DNA of 24,076 nt, from contig DAOVLG010000001.1 of the NCBI GenBank assembly GCA_030631385.1, positions 1 through 24,076 on the forward strand. The letters run 5' to 3'. The notes under the pieces were generated by a model. It was not told the origin of the DNA. It did not search any database and saw nothing but the letters and a program-made list of their open reading frames with translations. Positions 7,229 through 16,726 of this stretch are shown piece by piece (positions within the stretch are counted from its first letter, which is position 1; the number at the start of each line of letters is the position of its first letter). The DNA is from Candidatus Coatesbacteria bacterium. GTDB taxonomy: Bacteria; RBG-13-66-14. The translations under genes and the position numbers were made by a program.

Positions 7229-7316
7229 GGCGCGCCGCGAGGAGGACGGTTCTTCTACCGTCGTACCGGCAGGCACCACCTAGCAGGACTGGATAATAAA
7301 AAAACAGCCGCGCGAG

Positions 7317-7568
7317 GTGCTGAAGGAGCTATTCGGAAAGATCAAGGCGGAGCTGTTGAACAGGCGGCGTGTCGTGGTCGAGGCGGATCGTGTATTCAGG
7401 GGGAGGAGGCGGCTGGTGGATCGGTCCCTGGTGAGGTGGTCGTTTTACGAGTCTGATACCGAGCTGCTCGTGGTCGTAGACGAGGAATTGCGAGGCGTGT
7501 TGACCTTCTACAAAAACACGAAGATAGCCGAGGGACGATACGGCAGGATGCGGGAGATTGAGCTATGA
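7317..7568 (+). CDS. small basic hypothetical protein, candidate RNase-like toxin
   Basis: 83 aa, Arg-rich, ends in beta-strand pattern ELLVVVDEELRGVLTFYK; ATGA overlap with the next gene. Confidence 0.55.
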   Translation: MLKELFGKIKAELLNRRRVVVEADRVFRGRRRLVDRSLVRWSFYESDTELLVVVDEELRGVLTFYKNTKIAEGRYGRMREIEL

Positions 7569-7882
7569 CGGATTGGTTGGAGGTATACCAAAAGGCAGTT
7601 GCTGATCTAACCGACGATCCAGAGGATGAGTTCGGCCTCTCATACGCGAGCTGCGTGCGTGACAATGTCGTGTGTGCTGGAAAGAGCGACTCCGAAGTCG
7701 TCCACGCGGCGGATCTCGGCATGATCAAGGCCGCTCGTCTGGCGGTCGGTGATCCGTTGATGCCGGACAACAGCGATAAGTGGTGGGACAACCTGGAGGC
7801 TATCGCCCGGGGCGAGTCCCCCCTGGATAAGCTCCCCGAGCACGTCCGGGAGCTGGCGCGGGAGTTGTATTACAAGGAGTGA
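7565..7882 (+). CDS. small acidic hypothetical protein, candidate immunity/antitoxin
   Basis: 105 aa, Asp/Glu-rich, predicted helical; translationally coupled (ATGA) and preceded by GGGAG. Confidence 0.7.
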   Translation: MTDWLEVYQKAVADLTDDPEDEFGLSYASCVRDNVVCAGKSDSEVVHAADLGMIKAARLAVGDPLMPDNSDKWWDNLEAIARGESPLDKLPEHVRELARELYYKE

Positions 7883-7938
7883 GATACGGGCTGGCGGGAG
7901 GAGCTGAGGGCGGCGGCGATTGTAAACCGGCGATGTTC

Positions 7939-8784
7939 TTACCTTTTTTGTAAAAGCCGGACCGGAACCGACACACCGAAACACAGCGCGCCGAGGAGGA
8001 TGATCGTCGCCCCGGTCGAGGTGTTGAGGTAGACGCTGAGGATGATCCCGCCCACGGCGGAAAGGGACCCGATACAGGCCGACAGCCAGAAGAGGGAGCC
8101 TTGCCTCTTCGCAACGTTGCGGGCGGTGGCCGCCGGCAGAATCAGAAGCGCGGTCACGAAGAGAAGCCCCACCGCCCGGATCGCCACCGCCACTATCCCC
8201 GCGATCAGCGCCGCGTGGATGTACTCCAACGCCGCCACGCGGACCCCCGCCGAGCGGGCCACCTCGGGACTCACCGCCGTCAGGGCCAACCGATTGTAGA
8301 AGAGGGCCGAGAAGGCCACCGCAACGACCAGGGTACCGAAGGCCAGGTAAACCTCGGCCTCGGTGAGCGCCAGGATGTCACCGTAGATGTAGGTAAGCAT
8401 CTCCCGGCCCAGCCCCTGGAAGGCGCTGATCAGGGCGATACCCAGGGCCATCGCCGCGGAGAAGATCACCCCGATGATGGTGTCGCCGGCCAGGCGACCG
8501 CGCCGCCTGAGCGCCGTGATCGCCAGGCCGATCAGGATCGCGAAGCCGACGAGGCTGAAATAGGGCGAGATACCGGCCAACAGCCCGATGGCCACCCCGG
8601 CGAAGCTGGAATGACTGACGGCGTTGGAGAAATAGCTCATGCGGTGCCCCACCACCCCGACCCCGATGATCCCGCAGGCGGCGGCGAGGAAGACGCCGCC
8701 CACCAGCGCGCGATTGAGGAAGGCCGCTCCGGCGATGGCCGGGGGAAGAAGAAGGTTGAGAATCCGGTAGAGAGGTTCGAACAT
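7939..8784 (-). CDS. znuB: metal (Zn/Mn) ABC transporter permease
   Basis: SNAVSHSSFAG, DTIIGVIFS, YIYGDIL, GLLFVTALLILPAATA; start at ATG 8784, 8 nt after the ATPase stop. Confidence 0.93.
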   Translation of the reverse strand: MFEPLYRILNLLLPPAIAGAAFLNRALVGGVFLAAACGIIGVGVVGHRMSYFSNAVSHSSFAGVAIGLLAGISPYFSLVGFAILIGLAITALRRRGRLAGDTIIGVIFSAAMALGIALISAFQGLGREMLTYIYGDILALTEAEVYLAFGTLVVAVAFSALFYNRLALTAVSPEVARSAGVRVAALEYIHAALIAGIVAVAIRAVGLLFVTALLILPAATARNVAKRQGSLFWLSACIGSLSAVGGIILSVYLNTSTGATIILLGALCFGVSVPVRLLQKR

Positions 8785-8791
8785 CGGTTGG

Positions 8792-9553
8792 TTATTCGGT
8801 GGTCGGTTTGTGATTGTGGAGAAAGAGGCCCATGCCATGGCCGTACATGGCGGTGATGGTCTCGGCCGAGATGGTCTCAAGAGTGCTGCCCACCCCCATC
8901 AGGCGCCGGTTGAGACAGATAACCTGCCGGGCGTGGGCGGAGACTACGGAGAGGTCGTGGCTGACCAGGACCGTCGTCAAACCGCGCTCCTCGGTCAGCC
9001 TGACCAATAGCGCGGCGAAGAGCTCGCCTCCGACCACGTCTATCCCGGCGGCGGGTTCGTCGAGGAGCAGCACCTCGGGCCCCACACCGTTTCCTGCCAG
9101 GGCCGCCGCCAACAGCACCCGCTGGCGTTCTCCACCCGAGAGCACCCCCAACGGGCGGTCGGTCAGCTTCTCCACCTGCATGGCCCCGAGTTGACGCCTC
9201 GCCTCGGCAACCGCCGAACGCCTTCGACCGAGCCACAGGGGTCGCCGCTGGAGCTTGAGAAGCAGGAAGTCGAGCACCGTCAACGGGGAACCGGCGTCCA
9301 CCCCCAGTATCTGGGGGACGTAGCCGAAGGGGGGCCTGCCGTCGTGGCTGGGGAAGGTGATCCGCCCCTCGTAGGGGATAAGCCCGAGGATGGCCTTGAG
9401 CAGCGTGGTCTTACCGGCGCCGTTGGGCCCGATGACCGCCGTGATCACCCCGGACGGGATGTCGGCGGTAATTCCCTGGAGGGTGGCCTGGCCGCCCAGC
9501 CTAACCGTTACATCCTGGAGACGAATCGCCGGAGCTGCGACGGGTGCAACCAT
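8792..9553 (-). CDS. znuC: metal ABC transporter ATP-binding protein
   Basis: Walker A GPNGAGKT, signature LSGGERQR, Walker B LLLDEP, H-loop SHD; His-containing tail; TAATG overlap with znuA. Confidence 0.95.
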   Translation of the reverse strand: MVAPVAAPAIRLQDVTVRLGGQATLQGITADIPSGVITAVIGPNGAGKTTLLKAILGLIPYEGRITFPSHDGRPPFGYVPQILGVDAGSPLTVLDFLLLKLQRRPLWLGRRRSAVAEARRQLGAMQVEKLTDRPLGVLSGGERQRVLLAAALAGNGVGPEVLLLDEPAAGIDVVGGELFAALLVRLTEERGLTTVLVSHDLSVVSAHARQVICLNRRLMGVGSTLETISAETITAMYGHGMGLFLHNHKPTTE

Positions 9554-10443
9554 TATCCCCCCAGGGCGGCCTCGAGATTTACCAGGTTCCTCTCCATCAC
9601 CTCGAGGAGGTAGCCGGCATCGGTGGAGCCGGTGGTGCAGGGGTCCAGAACGTAGACTCCAATCCCAGCCTCCTCGGCGATGCTGCGCGCCGGTCCCTCG
9701 GGGTACTGGGGCTCGATGAAGAGGGCGACGGCCTCGGCCTCCCGTATCATCTCCACGAGCCCGAGCATCTCCTTCGCCGAGGGCGAGGCGCCTGCGGTGA
9801 GCATCACCACGCCGGCGATCTCCAGACCCACGTCCCGCGCCAGGTAACCGAAGGCGTCGTGGTTGGTGATGATCGTCTTGTTGGACCAGCCGGCCGAGGC
9901 TTCCACCATCCTTCGGTAGATCTCCTCCAGCTCACCGATGAAGGACCGGGCGTTGGCGCGGTAAGCCTCGGCGTTGACCGGGTCAATCTCCACGAGGGCG
10001 TCGCGGATATTCTCCACCATCCTGACGGCGGTGTGTGGGGACACCCAAACGTGGGGGTCCCAATCGCCATGCCCTCCCTCCCCGTGGATACTGCGAAACT
10101 TGTAGGGCAGGGGTTCGATCCCCTCACTGGCCGCAACGATCTCCGTTTCCCCGCCCAGATCGGCCAGGGTGTCCTCCAGGAACGACTCGAGCCCCAGTCC
10201 GTTGATAATTACCAGATCCGCGTTATTGAGCTTCAGCATGTCGCCCGGCGCGAGCTGGTAGTTGTGGATGTCGCCGGAGCCGAGAAGCATCTCCACTATA
10301 ACGCCCTCAGTATTATCCACTACGTTTTCAGTAATGAGATAAACCGGTAGAAAGCTAGCCACTACGATGAGTTCATCAAGCTTTTCCTCGCTGCAGGAGA
10401 GGATAAGGAATCCAAGGGTGATGAGGATGGTCGGCCGTTTCAT
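9553..10443 (-). CDS. znuA: metal ABC transporter substrate-binding protein (ZnuA/TroA family)
   Basis: DIHNY, HGEGGHGDWDPHVWVSP, NHDAFGYLA, LDP; start ATG 10443 overlaps the fur stop (ATGA). Confidence 0.93.
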   Translation of the reverse strand: MKRPTILITLGFLILSCSEEKLDELIVVASFLPVYLITENVVDNTEGVIVEMLLGSGDIHNYQLAPGDMLKLNNADLVIINGLGLESFLEDTLADLGGETEIVAASEGIEPLPYKFRSIHGEGGHGDWDPHVWVSPHTAVRMVENIRDALVEIDPVNAEAYRANARSFIGELEEIYRRMVEASAGWSNKTIITNHDAFGYLARDVGLEIAGVVMLTAGASPSAKEMLGLVEMIREAEAVALFIEPQYPEGPARSIAEEAGIGVYVLDPCTTGSTDAGYLLEVMERNLVNLEAALGG

Positions 10444-10865
10444 AATCCCCGTACTCGAACGTTCGGACGGCTCTTCGGTGAACAACCCGGGCAGAGGCCG
10501 CTCAGGTTAAGTTCGATCTCGTTTACGACGTAGTGGTCCGGTAGACGGGGGGTCGGCACCGGCACCGTTTCGAGGCAGGTGGTGATCCCGCACGCGTCGC
10601 AGGTGAAGTGGGCGTGCGAGTGCTCCGAAGCGCCGTAACGCGTTGCGCCGCCTGTGGTTATCCTACATAGAAGACCAGCTTCGGTGAGGTCGTTCAGCAC
10701 CCGGTAGAGGGTGACCCGGTCGAGCCTCGGATCCAATCTATCCTCGATCTCGGAGTGGCTCAAGGGACGCTTGCTCTCGAGGATGACGCCGAGGGTCCTC
10801 ACGCGCGGATCGGTGCAGCGTAAGCCGCAATTGGTTAAGTTCGTCCTGACGGCTTCCGCCTCCAC
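10440..10865 (-). CDS. fur: Fur-family metalloregulator, probably Zur-like from context
   Basis: LSHSEI, DRVTLYRVLNDL winged helix, HAHFTCDACG and CPGC; GTG start with SD GAGGAGG; first gene of the znu operon. Confidence 0.9.
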   Translation of the reverse strand: MEAEAVRTNLTNCGLRCTDPRVRTLGVILESKRPLSHSEIEDRLDPRLDRVTLYRVLNDLTEAGLLCRITTGGATRYGASEHSHAHFTCDACGITTCLETVPVPTPRLPDHYVVNEIELNLSGLCPGCSPKSRPNVRVRGL

Positions 10866-10894
10866 CGTACCTCCTCTTGTTCGAACATCCTTGA

Positions 10895-10923
10895 ATATTA
10901 ACGCAACTCAGTTGCAAATGCAA
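10895..10923 (-). promoter_or_regulatory. promoter of the fur-znuACB operon with palindromic operator in the spacer
   Basis: Minus strand TTGCAT (10923-10918), 17 nt spacer, TAATAT (10900-10895); the spacer holds GCAACT-N-AGTTGC (10903-10915). Confidence 0.75.
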
Positions 10924-10951
10924 GCGTGTTGGCTATTGAGGTCGCTTTCGG

Positions 10952-10980
10952 TTGACAACGGGGGGTCCCGCCGGTAGGAT
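10952..10980 (+). promoter_or_regulatory. divergent sigma70 promoter for the 11062-16713 operon
   Basis: TTGACA (10952-10957), 17 nt spacer, TAGGAT (10975-10980). Confidence 0.7.
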
Positions 10981-11061
10981 TAGCCCGCAATTGTGGACCC
11001 CGGCGTGCCTGTAGCGTGAGCGGTACGCCCTTTCGTACCCATCCCTACTGGAAGTCCAGTT

Positions 11062-14000
11062 ATGCCCAACCCGTTCATTCGTCTTAAGGAGTGGTTCAGC
11101 GGCCTGTCCCCGGCCAGGAAATGGATCTACCCTTCGGTTGCCGTGCTCGTGCTGGGGGGGATAACGGTCGGGCTGGTCCTTCTCCTCTCCGCCCCCACCG
11201 AGGCGGGCCGTCTGGTGCCCGAGGGGATAGAGATAGTCGAGGTCAAGCTCCCCTCTCCCGTGCGGATCACCAGCGGGGAGGGGAACGACTACTCGCCAAC
11301 GGTCTCGCCGGACGGATCCCTCGTTGTCTTCGCCTCCGACCGGAGCGGCAACCTCGACCTTTACGCCGTTCCGGCCGCCGGTGGGGAACTACAGCAGCTC
11401 ACCCACTCAACCGCCGACGAGAAGAACCCCCACTACTCTCCCGACGGCTCCTCCCTGGCCTACACCTCCGAGGCCGAGGGCGATTTCGACGTGTGGGTTA
11501 TGGATGCGCGGGGCGGGGGTGAGCTGCGGCTGACCCAGCACGAGGGTGACGAGGCGGAACCCCGCTGGAGCCCGATCCAGTTCCAGAGCGACACCCTGTA
11601 CTATCGCGTCCTCTACTCCTCCGAGGAGGGGGTTTTCACCGTACGGGAGGACGGCTCGGATAGGCAATCGGTGAACCTCCCCGCCGAGGAGGTGTCCCAC
11701 CTCCGCTGGACGCCCCACGGTCTCGGCGTACTGGGTCAGGCGCAGACCGACGAAGGGACCGCCGTAGTGGCCACCGGGTTGGAGGGGGTCTTCCCCACCC
11801 AGGGGGTTTACGGACACCGGCCGGTGCTGGCGCCCAACATGACGGGGTTACTCTTCATCGGCAGCCTGAGCGGTAAGCACCGGATCTACTACTACGAGCC
11901 GTCCCGGGAGCGGCTCCTCAAGCTCACCCCCCTCGTCGAGCCGGGTCAACTGGAATGGGCTCCCGACGGCTCCGGTTTCTACTACACCGATCTGGTTGAC
12001 GGCCACAGCAAGGTCCTCTACCAGCCGCTGCCGCTGGCGCTCTCCGATGTGGCCAATCTGTGGCAGTACGACCTGCGTCCCGGACAGCTCGACGCCCTGG
12101 AGCGGAGTCTTCTGATCTACGGTGATCAGCGCTGGCCCCTCTTCGACCAGCCGTACATAGATGAATACCCCGGCGACGCCATCTATGCCGCCTCCTACAC
12201 CCGCCCGACCTACATCACCGCCGACGCCGTTTTGGAGCTGACCGACTACTATCTCGATTTCCTCCTTCTTGCCTTGGAAGAGGATACGGCGCGGCTGGAG
12301 CTCGTTAACTTCTACTTCGCCCTTCTCGCCCGGCTGCGCGAGGAGATCCATCAGCTCGAGGAGGCCCGTTCCTACGCCCTGGCCAATCCCGAATCGGTTC
12401 TGGTGGCCCAGCTCGGCGGCGTGGAGGCCTACGACGCGCTGATAGACCATCTCCGCTTCCTCGCCTCCTACGTCGAGGTGGGTGGGGAGCTTTTGATCCC
12501 GGCCAACGTGCTGCGAGCCGAGATCACCAACCCCGAGGCCTTTCAGGCCGCCACCACCATCCGCGACGGTGTGGGGCTCGCCCCGGTCGTCAGCCGGGAG
12601 GGGAACGATTACCCCGCAGAACTTTTTCAGCCGCCGGTCTGGGTCCAACGGCAAAGCGAGACGGCCGCCGGTTTCTACCGCGGCTACCACTGGGCCAGCC
12701 GGGTCAAGTTCCGCTTGAACGATCGGGACCAAGCGCTTGAGGCGCTGATCCTTACCCACCTCCTGAGCTCCGGTGAGCTGCGAGAGAGCTGGGATCGCCT
12801 CGACCGCCTCTTCTGTTTCCACTTCGGGGTGGCCGACGACTTCGACCTAGACACCCTGGACAACCTGATGCGCGAGTCCTACGGCGCCGACGTCACCCTG
12901 GCGGAGTTGGCCGATCCGGAAAGCCTTGACCGCTTTATTATGGCCGCGAACAAGCTCCAGCTTGAAATTATCCAAAAGAACCCTGAGCAGACCGGTGACG
13001 AGTTGACCTTCGCCCTCTTTGCCGAACGGGGGTGGCCGCTGGAGACCTACCTGGAGTCCCTGCGCAGTCCCAACGTGGGAACGGGCGGAACCAGACGGGT
13101 CAGCTCGGGCTTCCTCGACATCGCCGCGGCCAACGGGAGCAAGGCGGCCTGGAGCCAACTTCTTGAGGTTCAGGGTGAGGGCGGTTATTCGGGCTTCGAG
13201 GAGGCGCTGAGCGGGGTCAAGGCCGATCTGCGGCGCCACGACGAGGGACTGTTCTACGGCTGGATGCGCGCCCTGCGGCCCTTTCTCGCCACGCCGGCCC
13301 TCGAAGAGGTCGTAGAGAACGAGGGGATCAAGCCGGATACAGTACCGCACATCGGGGCTCTGCGCGCCGCCTACGCCTTCTGTGGCGCCCTCTTAGCCCT
13401 GGACGCGGAGCCGGGAAAATTCGAGAGCGAACCGGCGGCCCCCTTCACGGCCGAGGTTTCCGGTGAGGCGCCCGCGCTGCCCCTGCCCTACGTCTACGTG
13501 GAGCCCTCGCCGGAACTCTTCGAGCGCCTGGCGGGGCTCGTCAAAGAGCAGCACGATCTCCTGCGTGGCGTGGGGCTCTTCCCCGAGTTCGTCCCCCTGG
13601 CCGGGAGCGAGGCTCTGGCGGCAACCCAGGCGGCGGAGCTGGCCCGCACCCGGGACGAGCTGACGGCGGAGGAGCTGATTGGGGAAACACCCGTTCCCGA
13701 GGGGCTTTTTGTGCTGAGCGGAATACGGGTGGAGGATGTTTACCTCGAGTTCTACGGACTACTCACCCGCCTGGGAACCATCGCCCGGCAGCAGGTTTCC
13801 GGTGTGCCGCTCACCTCCGATGACCACTACTACCTGCTCCGCTTCGGTCATCTGATGCGCGAGCTCACCCGTGATCTCTTCCGTCAGGGCTCGACGGGTT
13901 ACGCCCCGGGAACCAACTGTGCCCGGGTCGGCAACTACGGGACCGCCGACGGTTATCTGACGCTGGGTCTGGGCGAGGCCGAGGAGCTTCTGCGGATCGT

Positions 14001-14193
14001 GCCCCATCCGGCGGGGGGTCGGGTACTGGTGGTCGGAGCCGCCTACGGATATTACGAGATGCAGCGCCAGTCTCCCATGTCCCGCCCCGATTGGCTCGTC
14101 CAGATCAGGGCCGACGTGCCGCCGATCCGCCCCGGATGGACCGCCTCCTTCGCCCAAGAATTCGAAGCTGAACGGCCCGAGCCAAAGGGGTAG
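11062..14193 (+). CDS. membrane-anchored protein: TolB-like PD40 beta-propeller fused to a DUF3160-like domain
   Basis: Single TM (VAVLVLGGITVGLVLLL); repeats SPTVSPDG..VFASDRSGNLDLY, NPHYSPDG..LAYTS, EPRWSP; C-terminal YITADAVL, YVEPSPELFERL, GAAYGYYE..RPDW resemble DUF3160. Confidence 0.75.
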   Translation: MPNPFIRLKEWFSGLSPARKWIYPSVAVLVLGGITVGLVLLLSAPTEAGRLVPEGIEIVEVKLPSPVRITSGEGNDYSPTVSPDGSLVVFASDRSGNLDLYAVPAAGGELQQLTHSTADEKNPHYSPDGSSLAYTSEAEGDFDVWVMDARGGGELRLTQHEGDEAEPRWSPIQFQSDTLYYRVLYSSEEGVFTVREDGSDRQSVNLPAEEVSHLRWTPHGLGVLGQAQTDEGTAVVATGLEGVFPTQGVYGHRPVLAPNMTGLLFIGSLSGKHRIYYYEPSRERLLKLTPLVEPGQLEWAPDGSGFYYTDLVDGHSKVLYQPLPLALSDVANLWQYDLRPGQLDALERSLLIYGDQRWPLFDQPYIDEYPGDAIYAASYTRPTYITADAVLELTDYYLDFLLLALEEDTARLELVNFYFALLARLREEIHQLEEARSYALANPESVLVAQLGGVEAYDALIDHLRFLASYVEVGGELLIPANVLRAEITNPEAFQAATTIRDGVGLAPVVSREGNDYPAELFQPPVWVQRQSETAAGFYRGYHWASRVKFRLNDRDQALEALILTHLLSSGELRESWDRLDRLFCFHFGVADDFDLDTLDNLMRESYGADVTLAELADPESLDRFIMAANKLQLEIIQKNPEQTGDELTFALFAERGWPLETYLESLRSPNVGTGGTRRVSSGFLDIAAANGSKAAWSQLLEVQGEGGYSGFEEALSGVKADLRRHDEGLFYGWMRALRPFLATPALEEVVENEGIKPDTVPHIGALRAAYAFCGALLALDAEPGKFESEPAAPFTAEVSGEAPALPLPYVYVEPSPELFERLAGLVKEQHDLLRGVGLFPEFVPLAGSEALAATQAAELARTRDELTAEELIGETPVPEGLFVLSGIRVEDVYLEFYGLLTRLGTIARQQVSGVPLTSDDHYYLLRFGHLMRELTRDLFRQGSTGYAPGTNCARVGNYGTADGYLTLGLGEAEELLRIVPHPAGGRVLVVGAAYGYYEMQRQSPMSRPDWLVQIRADVPPIRPGWTASFAQEFEAERPEPKG

Positions 14194-14196
14194 ACC

Positions 14197-16713
14197 ATGC
14201 GATCCTGGATCGTTTTCCTCCTCATCCTCACCGCCCCGGCTCTGGCTCAAGACGAGGAGCTGGCCTATCTGACCCAGGAGCTGGGCTGGGCGGAGAGCGT
14301 GCCTGAACGGCTGGAGACCCTGGCGCAGATCCATGATCTTCTCCAGGGGATGGAGACCGAGATCGCCGTTCCCAGCGGGCTGTACGGCGCCGTGGTAGTT
14401 GAGGCGACCGATCCCGATGTCGCCCTCAGGCGGCTGGCCACCACAATCCTCGGCCTCACCGGTGATGAACGGTGTGTCGCCTTCTTCAGAAACAACGCCC
14501 GGGACGAGGTGGACTACGAGGTCAGGCGGAGGATCATCGGGGCGTTGGGCCGTTTTAGCGGGGTGGAGCCCGCCCTCGCGATCAATTATCTGACCTTTTC
14601 TTCTTGGAAGAGCCACGATTATAGATTGCGCGAACTGGCTTTATCCTCTTGGCTGTCTACCGGAGGCGATCTGGATGACCTGGCTCTTACAGCAACGAAC
14701 ATCCTACATGATGACCCTTACCCAACGGTCAGATTAGCCGCCGCAGAGGTTTTACAGAATATTGAAGACATCCGGGGCTCGAATTCGTTCTTCAACAGCA
14801 CCTTCGAGGCGTATCTGAATGAAAGTGATCTCGATGTAAAGGGCGCCCTCCTTACCGCATTGGGATTTATCGGGCTTCCCGACGCGCTTCCCATCATAAC
14901 CGAAGCCTTGGAGCAACCGAGTCTTTTCCACGCCGCTCTCGCGGGGCTCGGCTACATCAACTCCAGGGAAAGCCGGAAACTGCTACGTGAGGCCTTCTGG
15001 AGCGGTGAGGCGACCAACGAGGACCGGCTCTTCGTCGTCCGGTCCCTCGGGCGGCTGCGCGACGACGGGATAATCGAGCTGGCGGAATGGCTTCTGGAGA
15101 ACGATCCGACCGGCGACGAGACAGAGGTTTTGGAGGCCCTCGCCCTTCACCCCGCCCCCGGGGGGATCGGCTTGATGGAGGACCTGCTCCAGCGGGATCC
15201 TCCACCGCCTGTTGACCAGTTGGTGGCCGCCTGTGGGCTTTTGGGGAAGATGGCCGCCGCGGCCACCGCTGCGGAGGACTGGCGTAGGTACGAGGACGCG
15301 GTCCAGGCGTTGCAGGAGGTTTACGAGAGGGACTTTACCGGTGATGCTTACGACGCGGCGACCGCGGCCCTCGTAAAAATCGTGGAAAACGCCGCCCAAC
15401 TGGAACCCCCGGTTCGTCGGTTCAGGGGGATCAAGTACGCCGACGCCCTGGCGGCGCTGGGGAATCTCTACGCCACGGTGGGCGACGCGGGAACGGCGGG
15501 GGAGCTCCTGGACTACCTGGGTGAGGAACCGCCCCCGGCCAAGACCCTGGCCGTCATTGATGTGCTCGGGAGATTGGGTTACGCAGGCGCGGTTCCCCTC
15601 CTCTCCATCTACGCCCGGGAGACCCGGCCGGGCACCATCGAAACCTCGGTGGCGGCTCTGCGCGCCCTGGGTCGGATCGGCGACCGCAACGCCGCCCCGG
15701 TCTTCGCCGAGGTGCTGGAAGACACCGGCGCCGTGCCGGCCAGGCTGGCCGCCGCCGCCGAGGCCGCCGTGGACGCCGGTGATCCCAGCCTGGTGTATCC
15801 GCTGATGGAGCTCCTGGAACGCGGGGACGATTGGGGGACGCGGGCCGCAGCCGCCCGGGCCATCGGCGCCCTGGGGAGCAAAGATGCGCTTCCCACCATG
15901 GGCCGGGCCATGACCTCGGACCCGAGCAAGACGGTCCGCGGTGAGTCCTTTTTGGCCTACTGCCGCCTGACCGACGAGGACGGTCTACCGATCCTTTTCA
16001 CCTACCTGGCCGGCCACGACATCGGTCTGGGCGACGAGGCGCTTGGAGCGCTGCGTGATCTCTTCAACCGGCTCGGCGGGGATACGGTGGAGGAGCTTCT
16101 GACCCACCCGGAGCCCGAGGCGCGGCGCCTGATCGTCTGGTACCTGGCGAAACGCGCGGAGCCCGGCGACCGGGAGCTGGTCGAGGGGGTTCTGGGCGAT
16201 CCCAACCTTCTGGTCAACGTGGCCGCCGCCGAGGGGCTCGGTCTGTTGGGCGATCCCGCCTCCGCGCCCGTCCTTCTGGCCGCCTTCAAAGAAACCTTCG
16301 ATACCTATTACGCCTCTGGAAAGGACCTGAGCTTCAACGAACGCAACGTGAATCTGTTGCGCCGGACCATCGAGGACGCCTTCCACGCCCTCGGCGTTGA
16401 TCCGACTTCGGTAACTCCCGGCACCGTCACCCACCCCGACAATTTTAACGAGGTAGAAGAGGCCGCGCCGGAGCGGATGATCGTCGTCGTTGGCGCCCTT
16501 CGGCTACGCGACGCCCCCTCGACCGCCACCGGGGCCAAGATCGGCCTTTTGTCCGAGGGACAGGTGGTGGAGGTGTTCGAGGTATCCGAGAACTGGGCCC
16601 GGGTCCGGACGGCGGACGACGAGATCGGCTGGGCCTGCATCGAGCTCGAGGGCGAGACATTCATGACGCCCACCGACGAGCCCTTGATACCGGAGCCGGA
16701 AGACGTAGAGTAG
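14197..16713 (+). CDS. secreted HEAT/PBS-lyase-repeat protein with C-terminal bacterial SH3 domain
   Basis: Signal peptide MRSWIVFLLILTAPALA; many repeats such as VRLAAAEVL, ALRALGRIGD, TRAAAARAIGALG, AAAEGLGLLGD; tail LRLRDAPST..KIGLLSEGQVVEVFEVSENWARVRT..IGW. Confidence 0.85.
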   Translation: MRSWIVFLLILTAPALAQDEELAYLTQELGWAESVPERLETLAQIHDLLQGMETEIAVPSGLYGAVVVEATDPDVALRRLATTILGLTGDERCVAFFRNNARDEVDYEVRRRIIGALGRFSGVEPALAINYLTFSSWKSHDYRLRELALSSWLSTGGDLDDLALTATNILHDDPYPTVRLAAAEVLQNIEDIRGSNSFFNSTFEAYLNESDLDVKGALLTALGFIGLPDALPIITEALEQPSLFHAALAGLGYINSRESRKLLREAFWSGEATNEDRLFVVRSLGRLRDDGIIELAEWLLENDPTGDETEVLEALALHPAPGGIGLMEDLLQRDPPPPVDQLVAACGLLGKMAAAATAAEDWRRYEDAVQALQEVYERDFTGDAYDAATAALVKIVENAAQLEPPVRRFRGIKYADALAALGNLYATVGDAGTAGELLDYLGEEPPPAKTLAVIDVLGRLGYAGAVPLLSIYARETRPGTIETSVAALRALGRIGDRNAAPVFAEVLEDTGAVPARLAAAAEAAVDAGDPSLVYPLMELLERGDDWGTRAAAARAIGALGSKDALPTMGRAMTSDPSKTVRGESFLAYCRLTDEDGLPILFTYLAGHDIGLGDEALGALRDLFNRLGGDTVEELLTHPEPEARRLIVWYLAKRAEPGDRELVEGVLGDPNLLVNVAAAEGLGLLGDPASAPVLLAAFKETFDTYYASGKDLSFNERNVNLLRRTIEDAFHALGVDPTSVTPGTVTHPDNFNEVEEAAPERMIVVVGALRLRDAPSTATGAKIGLLSEGQVVEVFEVSENWARVRTADDEIGWACIELEGETFMTPTDEPLIPEPEDVE

Positions 16714-16726
16714 AGTTTACAATTGC

